Positions 19,098-27,589 of a stretch of DNA of 64,000 nt are shown here, piece after piece. Source of the DNA: an uncultured SAR86 cluster bacterium (GTDB lineage Bacteria; Pseudomonadota; Gammaproteobacteria; Magnimaribacterales; AG-339-G14). The position numbers were made by a program, and so were the translations under genes. Numbering within the stretch: the stretch's first letter is position 1; each line of letters starts with the position of its first letter. The stretch lies in contig CACMKG010000001.1 of the NCBI GenBank assembly GCA_902614235.1, positions 5,969-69,968 on the forward strand, in the 5' to 3' direction. A model generated the notes under the pieces. It was not told the origin of the DNA and ran no database searches. It was given only the letters and a program-made list of their open reading frames with translations.

Positions 19098-20090
19098 ATG
19101 AATTTAAATAGAAAATTTCCTTACACAAGGCTTAGAAGAACAAGATCTAAAGCTGGTTTAAGGTTGTTAGTTTCTGAGACAAATCTCACTGTGGACGATT
19201 TAATTCAACCAATTTTTATTAAAGAGAACATATCCGGAGAGGAAGAAATTGAATCCATGCCTGAGATTAAAAGATACGGATTAGATGTACTGAATAAGGA
19301 GATTGAAGAAATAGTATCTCTAGGTATCAAAGCGGTCGCTATATTCCCAGTTGTAGATGAACAAAAAAAAGATCCCGCAGGGCTAGAGGCTATTAATGAA
19401 AATAATTTTTTAACAAAAGCAATTAGACAAATAAAAGAAAGCTTTCCTGAACTTATTATTATTGTTGATGTTGCGCTAGATCCTTACACAACTCATGGCC
19501 ATGACGGTGTTTTGGATGACAAGGGTGATGTAGACAATGATGCTTCATTACTCACTCTAAAAGAACAAGCTTTGGTTTTAGCAAAAGCAGGTGCGGATGT
19601 TATTGCTCCTTCGGATATGATGGATGGAAGAATTGGGGTTATAAGAGAAGCGTTAGAAGAAAATAACTTTAAGAATACTGTGATTTTATCTTACGCAGCG
19701 AAATATAGTTCGAAGTTTTATGGACCATTTAAGGAAGCAGTTGAATCAGCAAAATTCTTTGGTAATAAAACTAAAGATACTTACCAAATGGCTGTTGGAA
19801 ACATTAATGAGGCTTTACACGAAGTTTCGATGGATATCGAAGAAGGCGCGGATATAGTAATGGTCAAACCTGGAATGCCTTATTTAGACGTAGTAAAGGC
19901 TGTAAAAGAAGAATTCAAAATACCAACTTTTGTGTATCAGGTCAGCGGAGAATACTCTATGTTTAAAGCTGCAATTGCAAGGGGTTGGCTATCTCAAGAA
20001 GTTATAAAAGAATCTTTGATTTCATTTAAAAGAGCTGGTGCTGATTGCATCCTAACTTATTCAGCAAAGGAAGTAGCAAGAGAACTATAA
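19098..20090 (+). CDS. hemB: porphobilinogen synthase (delta-aminolevulinate dehydratase), Asp-rich Zn-independent type
   Basis: RLRRTR near the N-terminus, active-site lysine regions, and metal-site string DVALDPYTTHGHDG (Pseudomonas-type) instead of the Cys-rich DxCxCxYT..HGHCG. Confidence 0.95.
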   Translation: MNLNRKFPYTRLRRTRSKAGLRLLVSETNLTVDDLIQPIFIKENISGEEEIESMPEIKRYGLDVLNKEIEEIVSLGIKAVAIFPVVDEQKKDPAGLEAINENNFLTKAIRQIKESFPELIIIVDVALDPYTTHGHDGVLDDKGDVDNDASLLTLKEQALVLAKAGADVIAPSDMMDGRIGVIREALEENNFKNTVILSYAAKYSSKFYGPFKEAVESAKFFGNKTKDTYQMAVGNINEALHEVSMDIEEGADIVMVKPGMPYLDVVKAVKEEFKIPTFVYQVSGEYSMFKAAIARGWLSQEVIKESLISFKRAGADCILTYSAKEVAREL

Positions 20091-20096
20091 TAACTA

Positions 20097-21119
20097 ATGC
20101 CAAACAAAAGGTTTTTAAATGCACTGCAAGGGAAACCGCAAGAAACTCCTCCAATATGGTTGATGAGACAAGCGGGACGTTATCATTCTCACTATCAAAA
20201 TTTAAAAAAAACTTATTCGTTTGAAGACTTATGTAAGACCCCTAGGCTTGCAGCTGAGACTGCTATGGGACCAATTGTAGATTTTGACTTTGATGTAGCG
20301 ATATTATTTAGTGATATTCTCTTTCCTTTAGAGTCTTTAGGAATGGATTTAAGTTACGATCCTGGGCCTAAATTTTCTGAATTACTAAGTGAGGAAAATT
20401 ATAAAAAAATTTTCAATCAGCATCTGCCAATTCGATCGTTAGATTTTCAAGCTGAAGCAATAGAAAGAACAATTGAAAAGCTGCCTAAAGATAAATCCAT
20501 GATTGGTTTTGTCGGTGGACCTTGGACATTGCTTTCTTATGCCATGGGTAAGAACAAAGAAAAAGATATTGACGATTTATCTCAGTTCGAATGGGATATA
20601 GTTAAAAATGAATTAATTCCTCTATTAAAGGAAAATATTTCTCTACAAATTAAAGCAGGAGCTGAAATAATTATGATTTTTGATTCTGCAGCAAATCAGC
20701 TGAGTAAAAGAGACTTTGATAAATACATAAGGATAGTTTTTAAAGAAATTGTCCTTAATTTTAATAAAAAGGTTGGCTATTATGCTAAAGATGGAGTTGA
20801 CTACCTTTTGATAGAGAATATAAAAAATGAGCTGCAGGTTCCATTAGCAGGTCTAGGAATAGATTCCAGCGAATTAATAACTGACTTCTTTAGATCTTCA
20901 AGAGAAGGCTTTATTCAAGGTAATTTCGACGAAAAGATTATGACTCAATCAAAAGAAACTATGGAAAGAAGTTTAGATAAATTCATAGAAGAAATTTCTT
21001 CTTTTTCTGCAAAAGATCGAGTAGGTTGGATTTGTGGATTAGGCCACGGGGTTTTGAAAACGACACCAGAAGAAAATGTAAGATCGTTTGTAAAAAGAAT
21101 TAGAAAAGCTTTTGTATGA
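20097..21119 (+). CDS. hemE: uroporphyrinogen decarboxylase
   Basis: PPIWLMRQAGRY signature at the N-terminus, 340 aa. Confidence 0.95.
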   Translation: MPNKRFLNALQGKPQETPPIWLMRQAGRYHSHYQNLKKTYSFEDLCKTPRLAAETAMGPIVDFDFDVAILFSDILFPLESLGMDLSYDPGPKFSELLSEENYKKIFNQHLPIRSLDFQAEAIERTIEKLPKDKSMIGFVGGPWTLLSYAMGKNKEKDIDDLSQFEWDIVKNELIPLLKENISLQIKAGAEIIMIFDSAANQLSKRDFDKYIRIVFKEIVLNFNKKVGYYAKDGVDYLLIENIKNELQVPLAGLGIDSSELITDFFRSSREGFIQGNFDEKIMTQSKETMERSLDKFIEEISSFSAKDRVGWICGLGHGVLKTTPEENVRSFVKRIRKAFV

Positions 21120-22123
21120 CTTTTATTGGCGAACAGGATTTTGATCACAATTCTTCAAAAAAAATAGGAGTACTTGTATGTAATTTAGGGACTCCAGATA
21201 GCTTTAAATCTAAGGATGTCAGGAAATTTTTACGAGAATTCTTATCAGATGGAAGAGTTGTCGAAATACCAAAAATTATCTGGTGGTTTATTTTAAATGG
21301 AATCATTTTATTAGTTAGACCCTCTAAATCTGCAAAGCTTTATAAATCTGTATGGACGAAAGAGGGCTCTCCTTTAATGGTTTTTTCTCAAAAATTAGTA
21401 AGTAAGCTTTCTAAAGAATTGCCTAGTAATTTTGAAATCGAATTAGCAATGAGATATGGAAATCCAAGCATAGAAAAAGGATTGATGTCTTTAAAAAGTA
21501 AAGACTGTAGAAATTTAATTGTACTTCCTCTATTTCCTCAATATTCAGGAACTACAACTGGAAGTATTTTTGATGAGGTCTCTAGAATTCTTCAAAAATG
21601 GCGTTGGGTTCCTAATTTAAACTTTATAAACAGTTATCATGATGACGAAGATTACATAACGGCATTATCCGACTCTATTAGGGAGAAAATTGAAACAATT
21701 TCGCCTCAGAAAATAATTTTTTCTTATCATGGAATTCCAAAGAAAAATTTCACCGAAGGTGATCCGTATCATTGTCTCTGTAAAAAGACGAGTCGCTTGG
21801 TAGCAGAAAAATTAGGTTTAAAAGAAGAAAAATACACGACAACATTTCAATCACGCTTTGGAAGGGCAGAATGGTTGAAGCCTTACACTAGCGAGACTAT
21901 GGAAAATTTACCCTCCGAAAATATTAAAAATATTTTAGTTGTTGCCCCTGGGTTCAGTGTTGATTGTTTAGAAACCATTGAAGAAATCGATGAAGAGAAT
22001 AAAGAAATTTTTATAGAAGCTGGAGGCCATAAGTTTGATTATGCTCCATGTCTAAATGATTCGGAGTTGCATGTTTCCTTTATAAAAAACCTCATACAAA
22101 AACAAACCAGTATTTGGAAATAA
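21116..22123 (+). CDS. hemH: ferrochelatase
   Basis: IGVLVCNLGTPDS, LPLFPQYSGTTTGS and FSYHGIP motifs. ATGA overlap with hemE. Confidence 0.93.
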   Translation: MTFIGEQDFDHNSSKKIGVLVCNLGTPDSFKSKDVRKFLREFLSDGRVVEIPKIIWWFILNGIILLVRPSKSAKLYKSVWTKEGSPLMVFSQKLVSKLSKELPSNFEIELAMRYGNPSIEKGLMSLKSKDCRNLIVLPLFPQYSGTTTGSIFDEVSRILQKWRWVPNLNFINSYHDDEDYITALSDSIREKIETISPQKIIFSYHGIPKKNFTEGDPYHCLCKKTSRLVAEKLGLKEEKYTTTFQSRFGRAEWLKPYTSETMENLPSENIKNILVVAPGFSVDCLETIEEIDEENKEIFIEAGGHKFDYAPCLNDSELHVSFIKNLIQKQTSIWK

Positions 22124-22938
22124 TGGATACGAATCAAAAAAAAGAGACGGCATCTGCTTGGTTTAAATCTCTACGAGACCAATTTTGTGAGTCTTTTGAA
22201 AAAATAGATCAAGTGGGCAAGTTCGAAAGAAAATCATGGCCTCATAAGGGCTCTGGTGGTGGAGAGATAAGCATAATGAAAGGCAAGGTCTTTGAAAAAG
22301 TTGGGGTGAATATTTCAACTGTTTCAGGAGAATTTTCTGAAGATTATAGAGCGCAAGTTAAAGGAACGGAGAAGTCGGCAAATTACTGGGCTTCAGGGAT
22401 CAGTTTAGTTGCGCACATGCAATCGCCTAAAGTTCCAGCTTTTCACTTTAATACAAGATTTTTAGTTACTGATGATTCTTGGTTTGGAGGCGGTGCAGAT
22501 ATGACTCCTACTTTCGAGAATCAAAAAGATACAGATACTTTTCATAGAAAAATGAAAGAATCTTGTGATTCAACTAATAAAAATTATTACAAGGATTTTA
22601 AAAAAAATTGTGATGAATATTTTTATTTGCCTCACAGAGATGAAGCAAGAGGAGTAGGAGGTATTTTTTTTGATCATTTAAATACAAACGATTGGGAGAG
22701 TGATTTTAACTTTATAAAAGAAGTAGGAAAAAAGACTTTAGATGCAATTACAGAAATTATCGAGACTCACAAAGATAAAAAGTGGACAAAAGAAGAAAAA
22801 GAAAAACAATTAATTAAAAGAGGAAGGTACGTTGAATTTAATTTGATATGGGATAGAGGAACTTTATTTGGATTGAAAACTGGCGGATCAACAGAAGCCA
22901 TTTTGATGTCAATGCCTCCCGAAGCTAAGTGGTCATAA
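22114..22938 (+). CDS. hemF: oxygen-dependent coproporphyrinogen-III oxidase
   Basis: GGGEISIMKG.VFEK.GVN, WFGGGADMTP, RGVGGIFFDHL and YVEFNLIWDRGT..GL are HemF signatures. 10-nt overlap with hemH. Confidence 0.93.
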   Translation: MEIMDTNQKKETASAWFKSLRDQFCESFEKIDQVGKFERKSWPHKGSGGGEISIMKGKVFEKVGVNISTVSGEFSEDYRAQVKGTEKSANYWASGISLVAHMQSPKVPAFHFNTRFLVTDDSWFGGGADMTPTFENQKDTDTFHRKMKESCDSTNKNYYKDFKKNCDEYFYLPHRDEARGVGGIFFDHLNTNDWESDFNFIKEVGKKTLDAITEIIETHKDKKWTKEEKEKQLIKRGRYVEFNLIWDRGTLFGLKTGGSTEAILMSMPPEAKWS

Positions 22939-23361
22939 ATGATCTTTCTCACGATTAAAACAATACATATTGTGTCTGTGATAGCTTGGATGGCTGCACT
23001 TTTTTATTTACCAAGATTATTTGTCTATCATGCAAAACATAACAACGAATCTTATTTAAGTAGTGTTTTTAAAGTTATGGAATCTAAGCTGTATGGAGTT
23101 ATAGCTACTCCTGCAATGATAATAGTATGGATTTCTGGATTGGCATTAATTTATTATTTGGGAATTCAAAAATGGCTGATTTTAAAATTTTTCTTTGTCT
23201 TTTTAATGACTCTGTTTCATTTTTTTTTATTTTTTTCATTAAAAAAATTCGAAGAGGATTTGAACCAATATTCGGAAAGATTTTTTAGGATAATTAATGA
23301 GATTCCAACTATTCTGCTCTTAATTATTATTTCTTTGGTAGTATTTCAACCAAACATATAA
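22939..23361 (+). CDS. hemJ: protoporphyrinogen IX oxidase, HemJ type
   Basis: 140-aa 4-TM protein. IKTIHIVSVIAWMAALFYLPRLFVYHA closely mirrors proteobacterial HemJ. Starts right after the hemF stop (TAAATG). Confidence 0.88.
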   Translation: MIFLTIKTIHIVSVIAWMAALFYLPRLFVYHAKHNNESYLSSVFKVMESKLYGVIATPAMIIVWISGLALIYYLGIQKWLILKFFFVFLMTLFHFFLFFSLKKFEEDLNQYSERFFRIINEIPTILLLIIISLVVFQPNI

Positions 23362-23363
23362 AT

Positions 23364-23774
23364 ATGATTATATTGAAATTTTTTTGGTGGGCTTTTTTCA
23401 TTGGAAGTGCAATTGCTTCTATAGGTTCTTTTACTAATGAAAAAGCTAATTCTTTGGGCCGATTAAAAAATTATGCAGGGCTATCCTTTTTAACGATATT
23501 TGTAATAACTTATTTTATAGGTACTTTTTTTAATTTTATTCCCGGAATTTTAACTATTTTATTTGACTTATTTTATTGGATTTTTACTTTCTCTGCTTTC
23601 ACGCAAATCTTGTGGTGGTATATTTTTGTTGGGAGTTTTTTTGTAAGCATGAGTTTATTTCTTTCACTAATTTCTAAAGAAGAGGGTCCTAAAGAAAGAA
23701 TAGTTTTAAGTTTCGTATCTGGTTCTGTTTGTATTCTTACTTTTTTATCTGGAATGTACTTTGGATTTGTATAA
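23364..23774 (+). CDS. hypothetical small integral membrane protein (about 4 TM helices), last gene of the haem operon
   Basis: 136 aa, very hydrophobic, no motif I recognise. Starts 3 nt after the hemJ stop. Confidence 0.5.
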   Translation: MIILKFFWWAFFIGSAIASIGSFTNEKANSLGRLKNYAGLSFLTIFVITYFIGTFFNFIPGILTILFDLFYWIFTFSAFTQILWWYIFVGSFFVSMSLFLSLISKEEGPKERIVLSFVSGSVCILTFLSGMYFGFV

Positions 23775-23783
23775 ATTTTGCAG

Positions 23784-24914
23784 TTAAAGCTCAGTCGCTA
23801 ATTCCATAAACTTCTTCTTTAGCGGTGATAATTTGTTGACAAGGTTGAAGGCAGTATTTCTAAACAACTTTATCCAAATATTTTTTTGACTAAAACCTTT
23901 TTTAAAAGCTTCCATGCTAGCTGCAAGCGCTAAATTGATTGGGATTCTTTTTCTATTATAAGAGGAAGTTATTTCTTTTATTTTTTCCAGTCCATTCATC
24001 TTTATTAATTCTGCTAGGCATTCAACGTCTCCAATACCAGCATTAAGTCCTAGACCAGCCAAAGGGTGGATATGATGCGCAGAATCTCCAACTAGAAAAA
24101 CTCCATTATTTGCAAAAGTTTTAGCCGAAAGATGATGTAAAGCAAAATGCTGTCTTTTTGAAACCATTTCTAACTTACCAATTTGTTCACTAAATTTATT
24201 TTTAACTTCAGCAGTAAATTCTTCATCAGACATCGAAATAAATTTATAAGACGTATCATCATCTATTGACCAAATCATAGTAGATTCATCTTTCTTAATT
24301 GGAAGAAGGGCAAGAGGCCCAATAGAAGTAAACGTTTGCTTAATACAACTATCATTAATTTCAGTTTTAAAATTTGTAACTATTGCAGTTTGATTGTAAC
24401 TCCAAGATCTAAAATCAATTCCTGACAATTCTCTTACTTTTGAATTCATGCCATCACATCCAATTATCATTTTAGTTTTAAGAGTTTGTTTACTGGTTTT
24501 GCAAACAATTTCATCTAATGAGTAATCAATTTTGAGAAGAGCTTCTCCCCAAAAATTTTTAACATTATTTTTTTGAAATTGTTCTATTAAATTTTTTTGA
24601 ATTTCTCCTTCTCTTACAATAAAGCCGAGATTAGGCAAATTTGTTTCTTTGGCATTAAAGTCAATAAAACCAGTACCCTCCTGATCCCAAACTTTTATTT
24701 GTTCATAAGGAAAAGCAGAATTCTCAATTTTTTTCCAAACATCTATTTCATTTAAAAAAGCTTTACTTTTTTGGTTTACTGAAAGATGTCTGTAGCTATT
24801 TGGAAAAGTTTCTCTCGAATCGATTATTGCTACTTTATAGCCTAGTTGTGAAGTTTTAATCGCTAAAGCTGAACCAACAACTCCTGAACCAATTATTAAT
24901 AAATCAAAGCTCAT
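23784..24914 (-). CDS. ubiH: FAD-dependent ubiquinone-biosynthesis hydroxylase (UbiH/UbiF/VisC/COQ6 family)
   Basis: N-terminal GSGVVGSALA FAD fold and LVGDSAHHIHPLAGLGLNAGIGDV fingerprint. Immediately downstream of pepP as E. coli ubiH is. Paralog assignment is by synteny only. Confidence 0.8.
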   Translation of the reverse strand: MSFDLLIIGSGVVGSALAIKTSQLGYKVAIIDSRETFPNSYRHLSVNQKSKAFLNEIDVWKKIENSAFPYEQIKVWDQEGTGFIDFNAKETNLPNLGFIVREGEIQKNLIEQFQKNNVKNFWGEALLKIDYSLDEIVCKTSKQTLKTKMIIGCDGMNSKVRELSGIDFRSWSYNQTAIVTNFKTEINDSCIKQTFTSIGPLALLPIKKDESTMIWSIDDDTSYKFISMSDEEFTAEVKNKFSEQIGKLEMVSKRQHFALHHLSAKTFANNGVFLVGDSAHHIHPLAGLGLNAGIGDVECLAELIKMNGLEKIKEITSSYNRKRIPINLALAASMEAFKKGFSQKNIWIKLFRNTAFNLVNKLSPLKKKFMELATEL

Positions 24915-26213
24915 CTATGAACTCATAACTTTTTCAATTTCTATTATTGTTTTTGGAACTGAAGAAGTTAAAACCTCTGGATCACCTTCAGTTACTAAAA
25001 CATCATCTTCAATTCTTATCCCAATATTTAAATATTCCTCTGGAACATTTTTGAGATTTTCTTTGAAGTAAATTCCTGGTTCGATTGTTGTAATCATGCC
25101 AGGTGAATATTTTCTCCATTTTCCATTTAGACCATAACTACCTACATCATGAACATCCATTCCCATCCAGTGACCAACTCTGTGCATATAAAAATCTCGA
25201 TAAGCTTCTTTTTCAATTAATTCGTTTAATTCTCCATTTAAGATACTTAAATCAACTAAACCTTGAGTAATTATTTCTATTGCTTTTTTTTCTGTTTCGT
25301 TAGGAGTAAGGCCCTTTTTCACTGTCTTGATACACTCTTTATTTGCTTCTAAAACAATTTCATAAACTGCTTCTTGAGCCTTTGAAAACTTACCGTTAAT
25401 TGGGAAAGTTCTTGTAATATCGCTGGCATATCCATTCAACTCGCATCCTGCATCGACAAGAACTAAATCTCCATCCATGAGTAGATCTTTATTATCATTG
25501 TAATGAAGAATACATGCATTTTTTCCTCCACCAACTATAGATGGATAAGCGCAATTTCTAGCACCTTTTTTCATAAACTCGTGAACGTATTCAGCTTCTA
25601 ATTGATACTCATACATTTGAGGACAAACATTCTGCATGGCCCTTATGTGCGCAGCAGATGATATTTCACATGCTTCTCTAATTATTTTTATTTCTTCTTT
25701 AGTTTTGAATAATCTAATTTCATGTAAAAGGGAGTCAATAGAGTGAACTTCTTCTGGAACAAAATTATTTGTTCTTGAATTAGTTTTCTTTAGCAAAGTT
25801 AAATTTTTATTAACTTCATTTTCTAAAATATTATTCAAATCTTTCTGAAAATAAATTCTTTCTTTGTTAATCAAAAATTTAGGTATTTCCTTGTTGAATA
25901 ATTCAATTGAAAAACCCGACTTTGCTCCAATTTTTTTACAATTACTTGGCCCCATCCTATTTCCTTCCCATTGTTCTTTAGAAGGGTCTTTGTCTTGGCA
26001 GAAGATGGTAAATTCTCCTGAATCATCAGATTCTATAATTGCAACAGCATTGGGTTCATCAAAACCAATGAGATAAAGAAAATCACTATTTTGACGGAAA
26101 GGAAATTCTACATCCCCATTCCTTATTTGAGTATTTGAGCCAAAAATAATTGCCAAAGAATTCTTGGGCATTTTTGAAACTAATTTTTTTCTTCTTTCCA
26201 AATATTCATTCAT
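24915..26213 (-). CDS. pepP: Xaa-Pro aminopeptidase
   Basis: Creatinase-like N-domain plus pita-bread metal ligands (DLVLVDAG, GYASDITRTFP, HRVGHWMGMDVHD, TIEPGIY, IRIEDDV). Confidence 0.93.
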   Translation of the reverse strand: MNEYLERRKKLVSKMPKNSLAIIFGSNTQIRNGDVEFPFRQNSDFLYLIGFDEPNAVAIIESDDSGEFTIFCQDKDPSKEQWEGNRMGPSNCKKIGAKSGFSIELFNKEIPKFLINKERIYFQKDLNNILENEVNKNLTLLKKTNSRTNNFVPEEVHSIDSLLHEIRLFKTKEEIKIIREACEISSAAHIRAMQNVCPQMYEYQLEAEYVHEFMKKGARNCAYPSIVGGGKNACILHYNDNKDLLMDGDLVLVDAGCELNGYASDITRTFPINGKFSKAQEAVYEIVLEANKECIKTVKKGLTPNETEKKAIEIITQGLVDLSILNGELNELIEKEAYRDFYMHRVGHWMGMDVHDVGSYGLNGKWRKYSPGMITTIEPGIYFKENLKNVPEEYLNIGIRIEDDVLVTEGDPEVLTSSVPKTIIEIEKVMSS

Positions 26214-26268
26214 GGCAGGTATTTTATATTATTGTGGCTTCTCTTCTAGCAGAAGACTAAAATTAAGT

Positions 26269-26457
26269 ATGCCTAAGGATAATTTAGAAAAAAATCTGAG
26301 TGAACTTTTAGATTTATCAAAAAAATTACGTGAAGCAAATAAAGATTTAAGAAATAAAAATTCTAAACTGAATTTAGAAAATAAAAACTTAAAAGAAAAG
26401 CTTGAATTAACCAAAAATAAAATTGAAAATCTAATAAATAAATTGGAGTCTATATGA
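26269..26457 (+). CDS. small coiled-coil protein upstream of zapA (ZapB-like)
   Basis: Start trimmed from 26164 to the ATG at 26269. The longer ORF runs into the pepP start region and begins with non-protein-like sequence. The 62-aa product is heptad-rich (LRNKNSKLNLENKNLKEKLELTKNKIENL). Confidence 0.5.
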   Translation: MPKDNLEKNLSELLDLSKKLREANKDLRNKNSKLNLENKNLKEKLELTKNKIENLINKLESI

Positions 26458-26819
26458 GCGATGAAGAATCAAAAGATATCATATCTTTAAAAATAGCGGG
26501 AATTGATTATCAACTATATTGTCCAGAAGAAGAACAAGTAGCATTACTGGAAGCAGCTGATTACCTAAATAAAAAAATTAAAAAACTAAAAAGACAAACA
26601 AAATTTCTTTCAGTTGAAAAAGTAGCCCTCTTAGCAGGTTTAGAAATTACAAATGAAATGATGAACGAGTCTAATAAAGAAACTGAATCTAAATCTAAAG
26701 AAACCAATATTGAAACCAAGAAAAATAATGATGTTTCTGAAGATCCAAAAAAAGAAACAGTTGACGATAGCTTAAGTTTAAAGTTAGTAGATGAAATATC
26801 TGAGCTATCCAAGCTCTAA
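26454..26819 (+). CDS. zapA: cell division protein ZapA
   Basis: ISLKIAGIDYQLYCPEEEQVALLEAADYLNKKI matches the ZapA N-domain. Followed by 6S RNA and 5-formyl-THF cycloligase exactly as in E. coli zapA-ssrS-ygfA. Confidence 0.82.
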   Translation: MSDEESKDIISLKIAGIDYQLYCPEEEQVALLEAADYLNKKIKKLKRQTKFLSVEKVALLAGLEITNEMMNESNKETESKSKETNIETKKNNDVSEDPKKETVDDSLSLKLVDEISELSKL

Positions 26820-26838
26820 ACTTTGTTATAATTTATTC

Positions 26839-27010
26839 GCTTCCTGGGTTATTTGCCAATTGAATAACACTTTGAGCCGATACAAAATAAATAGGGAATT
26901 TGATACTAACTCCTGTTGAGCGCCCACTAGGGCAGCCTGATGGAAAGAGATTCTTCCCGACCTGAACTTTCGGTTCAGGGAAATTCAATAGCGGTAACTT
27001 GGGAAAGCCT
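26839..27010 (+). ncRNA. ssrS: 6S RNA (ends approximate, +/- 5 nt)
   Basis: Conserved strings CUUUGAGCCGAUA (cf. E. coli CCCUGAGCCGAUA) and GAACUUUCGGUUCAGGG (cf. UUGAACCAAGGGUUCAAGGG). 5' GCUUCCUGGGUUAU pairs with 3' GUAACUUGGGAAAGC as a closing stem. TATAAT at 26827-26832. Sits in the zapA/ygfA slot. Confidence 0.78.
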
Positions 27011-27016
27011 TGAGCA

Positions 27017-27589
27017 ATGACTAAAAAAGAAGCTAGAAATCTTGTAAATAAGTGTTTCGCCAACTTATCAGCAAAAGAAAAAAAAAATTTCGACGATAGA
27101 ATTTTAAGTAACTTTATAAAATTCGTAGATACCAAAAAGTATAAAAAAATAGGGTCTTATTTTTCACTCCACAATGAAGTGAATACAGTATATCTGAATG
27201 ATTATTTAACGAAGGCAGGAATTCAAATATTCTTACCAAAACTACCAAAAGATAAAAATAATAAAAAATTAAATTTTTTTAAATACTTAAAAACCGATAA
27301 ATTCACTAAAAATAGATTTGGTATCCTCGAACCTTCAAAAAATATGAATCCCTTAGATATAAATGAGCTAGATTTAATATTAGTACCTTTCAGAGCTATA
27401 AATAAAAATCTTTACAGATTAGGATTTGGTGGGGGATTTTATGACAATTCCTTAGCAGAAATTAACTCAAATAAATGCTTGGGTTTAGGGTACGAATTTC
27501 AAATTTTAGACGAATTCGACATCGAACCACATGATTTTAAATTAGGTAGGTTGCTAACTCCTGAAGGTTACTTTAAAAACGCTTTATAA
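27017..27589 (+). CDS. 5-formyltetrahydrofolate cyclo-ligase
   Basis: 190 aa. LVPFRAINKNLYRLGFGGGFYD is the family's C-terminal signature. Position right after 6S RNA as E. coli ygfA. Confidence 0.85.
   Translation: MTKKEARNLVNKCFANLSAKEKKNFDDRILSNFIKFVDTKKYKKIGSYFSLHNEVNTVYLNDYLTKAGIQIFLPKLPKDKNNKKLNFFKYLKTDKFTKNRFGILEPSKNMNPLDINELDLILVPFRAINKNLYRLGFGGGFYDNSLAEINSNKCLGLGYEFQILDEFDIEPHDFKLGRLLTPEGYFKNAL

Noticed and set aside
26833-27135. 100-aa minus-strand ORF spanning the zapA/cycloligase gap.
   Set aside because: The region is better explained by the 6S RNA (conserved sequence blocks, closing stem, TATAAT) and by the start of the cycloligase gene on the other strand.
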